Below are positions 59,846 through 64,000 of a stretch of 64,000 bases of DNA, piece by piece; position 1 is the first letter of the stretch; each line of letters begins with the position of its first letter. The DNA lies in contig OZ237736.1 in NCBI GenBank assembly GCA_965178125.1, forward strand, positions 124,001 through 188,000, in the 5' to 3' direction. The position numbers were made by a program, and so were the translations under genes. Source of the DNA: Bilabrum cf. latius (lineage: Eukaryota). The notes under the pieces are model-generated. The model did no database searches. It was not told where the DNA came from and saw only the letters and a program-made list of their open reading frames with translations.

Positions 59846-62800
59846 ATGCAAATCATATGGCACTTGTTATTTGTATCTTTGACTGTTCTTGGTGCCTTGG
59901 CTACAAACTTGGGTAACCATTAGTACCATGTCGTGTGCCCGCATGCAGCCGCACAATCCGATGCTGCTTGGGTGCGACTCCCTTGGCGGCGTCAGGCAGC
60001 TCCTGACCCGCGAAATACAACATGCGTCGTAGTTTCATCAAGTGGGCAAGCAATAGCAAATCGAATTGACTCGGTTGGCCGGGCAGGTCTCGATCCGTTC
60101 GACGCCGGCGATGTCGCATTTCAGCCGGACTCATCAGCAATGAATTATACCCTGCACTGCTTTCCTTACGACTCGACCGGAAGTGCAACGGGTGTGTCAT
60201 ACAGAGCGCACTACCTGCCGCCGTACCAAGGCGCGGACGCCGCTTGGAGAGAGGCAAATAATTTGACTGAGAGTGGCCTGGACTCTGGGGCGTACAGGAC
60301 AACGCTGCCGCAGTGCATCTACAACGGTTATTCATCGCGAACGCCATTCGATGCCTTCTCAGACACGGCTCTGGTCGCCACAACCGCCGAGATGAAGGAG
60401 CTCTCGTCCCTCTAGAGCAACCTCGTCTTGTTTGCGGGCGACAGGCGAGCCCCCCTCAAGACGTTCGGGAACCGCCCACCGGCGGGGTGGATCCTCAACA
60501 GAACGAGGCTGTATCCGAATGGCCAAACTAGCGAGATTTTCGAGCCGCACGCCGCCCCGGGTGAATCCGTTGCACTGCAGGTCGGCGTCTGGGTGGGCGG
60601 CGAAGCGAGCATGCAGCTGCGCGACCAGGACGTCGTGCTCGCACCTCTTGTTCCTCAGGGAACAGTCACAACGGACCACGGCGATCGTCTGTCGCAGAGC
60701 GGCTGCCCCACTGCCGCTTCAACTCGGAGAGGGCCCGGGACTGCCACTCACTTGCCGTCGCACGGTAGCCTACACTCACCGTCGCAAGGTGTGCACACCC
60801 AGCAGGCCGAGGCAGCACTGACCAGCATCGGCACCCGCGGCTACACCGACTCTGGCGAGCCCTTGAGCCAGGCCCTCACCTTCCGCTCCCAGCGCGCTGG
60901 TGCCGTCTGGATGCTGGCACGGATGCCCGAGGATGCCCAGACCGGGGTGTGGTGCGGGTCTGCCTCCCTCACCTTCCGTCCCGTTGCCGCCGGTAACAAT
61001 GGCGCGGCGGGCTCTGCTGCAGTCGGTGACCCCGTCACCGTGACTGTGCCTATCGCGGTGAACGTCACGGAACGTTCCCCGATTCCCGAGGGCGGCGCAG
61101 TGGACACGTGGCGGCTGTCTCGCGCCGGCTGGCTGGACTCCCAGCTTGGTCTCGAGGACAGTGTGACGAGGAGGTATGCCCCTGTCGAGGTGTCGAGCTA
61201 GGGGAGCACGGTGGCTTAGATGACCGGCGCGGGGGTGAGGCTAGCCACCTCCGAGTCTGTCGTTGTCTTGAAGGGGGGAGGAACAAACCAGAGAGCAACT
61301 GGGGAGGCAACCGGATTCACTGTCGGCATCACCGGCCGTGAGATCGCAGTCAATGCCTCTGGTGAGAGCCTCTTCAGCAGCACCAGCGCCAATGGGCCCA
61401 GCGGGCAGCCAGGCGACCTGCAGCAGGTGCTGGGGCCGGTCTCCGTGCAAGCCACGCGAGGCGACGGCTCGACTGTCGCATGGTCAGGCAAAGGCGCCGC
61501 AGTGACGTCAGCGCCCACCGCCGTGAGCACGGCTTCCTGGAGCACGAGCAAGGCCAGCCAGAGGGGCGACCTGTGGGTCAGGTCCAACGTGACCGCCTGG
61601 TTCGATGGGTTCGTAGAGATCGATTTCGCCGTGGGGGCCACTGGCGCCGCGCCCGTGCCCCTGCAGGAAGTCTCGCTGCCGTTGGATCTGTCGGAGGGTG
61701 CTTGCTCCCTGGTGATGGGCCTTGGGTAGTAGGGCCAGAGTGTCGGAGTCCTTGCCAACAGCACGGCAAACGGGAGCGCCCTCATCGACTGGGAGTGGGG
61801 CGACCACGTGAACGAGGGCTCGAATCAGGTGTGGGTGGGTAGCGCTTGGGGAGGCGTCCGAGCCAAGCTAAAGGGGCAGGGTCACGGCTCCAACTACGGG
61901 TGGGAGAGCCCGCTGCACCAGTACGAGCTGACAGACGTGCCGAACTCATCATGGGCGGGGGAGGGCATGCGTGGCGGCATTCGATTCTCTTTGCAGGATA
62001 AGCATTCACCGCTCCGATCTAGATCCAACGAGCTTGGCCACTATGGTGGTCGTGCAAGCAGCCCGACAGCCGCTCAGAAGAAGTGGCTCGAAAGCCCGGG
62101 TGCCTGTCAGGTGTTGCTGCGGTCGGGCAAGGTCGTTGCAGCACCTGGCGACGGCACTGCGTTCAAGCTGGACCTGATGCTCACGCCCGTGCGACCGCTA
62201 GACGGGGAGGAGTGGAGACGTCACTTTGCTGACAGGTACTACCTGTACGGCTATCACGGCGAGCTCACACCGCCCAAGGTGGCACAGTTCAACACGACCG
62301 TGTTCGACACGCACCAGGGGCAGGTGCAGAACCCGTACATCAACTACCTCTTCCGAGAGGACACGGTTGGGATCCTCCGCAACTGGACGGACCTGGCGCG
62401 GTAGAGCGGCATGATTGCCTCCGAGGTGTACTACACGACCAGGGAGCTCAGCAACCGCGCCTACGAGCAATGGATCCTGTGGGCCATCCAGTCGGCAGGA
62501 GGGGACGCGTTCTACGTGGAGACGCCTGAAGACGAGCTGCCCACGGCCAGCAGGGGCAATGCCTGGCTGCAGGAGCACCTGGGCTCGGTGCCCTACACCC
62601 CCGCCTGGCAGACCGACCTGCCCTGGATGGACGCCCAGGATGCCGCGCTTCACAACAGCGGGCAGAGCCGCTGGAACAACTTTTACCTGCAAGGGCTCAA
62701 CTTTGCCATCGCAAGCCCGCTCGGACCGCGCACGAACGGCGTGTACATCGACGAGACCGCCTTCTCGCGGCTGACCGCGACTAGGATGCGTAGAGCGGAG

Positions 62801-63622
62801 GAGGCATCGGCCCTGACGCAGCTCGCCGACTCGCAAGGCCTCGCTGCTGAGGAATCCGGACGGCTGCAGCAGCAGGAAGCTCGGCAGATCGTGCGCAACA
62901 ATCTGCACTCCTGCAACAAATTCGTCTGCAGGACCGGGGACAGCCAGAGCACCGTCCTGCGCGCGTCTTCTGCGCTCATCTACGCGGCGCACCTGCCTAC
63001 TTTCGACCGGCTCTGGTTCGGCGAGGGCTTCTCCGGGGCGTACAAGACGGGCCAGCCCGACTACTGGCTGGCCGAGATGAGCGGCGTGCCGTTCGGCCTG
63101 ACGGCATCCATGCTGGATATGCCTGCCCAGGCGCTGTACAGGGGCATGGCGGCGGGGCTGGAGGACAACAGGCCTGCCACGTGCGTCTGGCCGGTGTGGG
63201 TGGATCTAGGGCTCGACCAGGGGGGCGCGGATGTGTACGGATGGTGGAACGCGTCGGTCCCTGTGAGTGTGGCGTCAGTGAACGGAGAGGAAGGGCTGGC
63301 GTCGGAGGTGCTGGCGTCCGTCGCAGTGAGACGCGCTGGCTCTGGGTCGGAGATCAGTGCGGAGGACGGGGTGGCTCTAGTGGCGGTGGCCAACTTCGCA
63401 TCGGGTGCCTTGGCCAAGGGAGCGCTGCAGGTGGTGATGCAGATCGATTGGCAGGCCCTGTTTGGCGCATAGGATGTCGGGGTGGCCTCTCAGCCGAACG
63501 TGTGCGGCTTTCAAGGAGCCGAGTAGCTGCCCCTAGGCCCCAACGGGACGCTCTCAATCACCATCGGGCCGCTCGAAAGCAACACCAACGGGAGGCTCAT
63601 CGAGCTGAGGCCGTCGCAGTGA
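59846..63622 (+). CDS. Secreted DUF6067/glycoside-hydrolase-like protein (~1258 aa with TAG=Gln)
   Basis: Signal peptide; NPYINY, YYTTRELSNRA, AWLQEHL...YTPAW, SRWNNFYLQGL, GVYIDE, DRLWFGEGF, PDYWLAEMSGVPFGL. TGA at 63620. Confidence 0.7.
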
Positions 63623-63832
63623 TGCAATGGCTGGTCCAACGGATACGTATGTGATGAGGGGGCGTGCCAGATTGTTGCATGCATACATAAGATATAATCT
63701 AATCTAGATCTGATCTCTTTTGAACTGGTCGAGCTCACGCCGCGGCTTTCTGACTCATCCTTATTCGCGAAACCAACTAAACTTCAACATGTCGGATCCG
63801 ACTGCTTCTCTCTAGCACTCCCCGCACGCGAT

Positions 63833-64000
63833 TCACTAACGCTTACGCTCGCCCAGATGCACTGTGCTCATGTGCGTATTGAGATGGCCGGCCCTCCCAA
63901 AGCGCTTCCCGCACACGCTGCATTCGTGCTTACGCTCGCCCAGATGCACTGTGCTCACGTGCGTCTTGAGACTGCCTGCCTGTCCAAAGCGCTTTCCGCA
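63833..64000 (-). CDS. C2H2 zinc-finger protein, 3' end (partial)
   Basis: CGKRFGQAGSLKTHVSTVHLGERKHECSVCGKRFGRAGHLNTHMSTVHLGERKR[TAG]TGA; explains the 87-bp direct repeat. Confidence 0.88.

Noticed and set aside
30783-63738. Hundreds of overlapping alternative-frame ORFs in host DNA
   Set aside because: Expected in high-GC sequence; each locus is explained by one TAG-read-through frame, most with recognisable motifs.
63841-64000. 87-bp direct repeat as a non-coding repeat
   Set aside because: It encodes consecutive C2H2 zinc fingers on the minus strand.

Overview
Eukaryotic (protist) nuclear scaffold. GC-rich, gene-dense, intron-poor host DNA is interrupted by two AT-rich endogenous virophage (mavirus/EMALE-like) elements: 1-6040 (right end only) and about 15779-30721. 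The supplied ORF track is fragmented because host and virophage both read TAG as Gln, while TAA and TGA remain stops. Evidence: PDH E1-alpha HLYDG[TAG]EA, integrase NP[TAG]SNGAVER and TPR G[TAG]YSEAM. With TAG=Gln, the second element yields intact ORFs for a packaging ATPase, an adenain-type protease, an rve integrase with a chromodomain, a Tlr6F-like protein, a basic core protein, a fibre-like protein, a P-loop protein and a Pol-beta-type nucleotidyltransferase. Its penton gene is cut by a non-coding Ngaro-type split-direct-repeat element containing ten ~284-bp tandem repeats. The virophage DNA carries 19 copies of a ~70-bp imperfect hairpin, whose loops and leaders differ at equivalent positions in two otherwise near-identical copies, and a 101-bp TG...CA terminal fold-back. 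Host genes: PDH E1-alpha, a PurD-PurN-PurM fusion, KAS II, CaM-KMT-like, derlin, a Clu/TPR protein, a PHB depolymerase-like esterase, a greatly expanded ORC2, a DUF6067-like protein, a C2H2 zinc-finger protein and several hypotheticals. All family calls come from motif recognition by eye; no database search was run.
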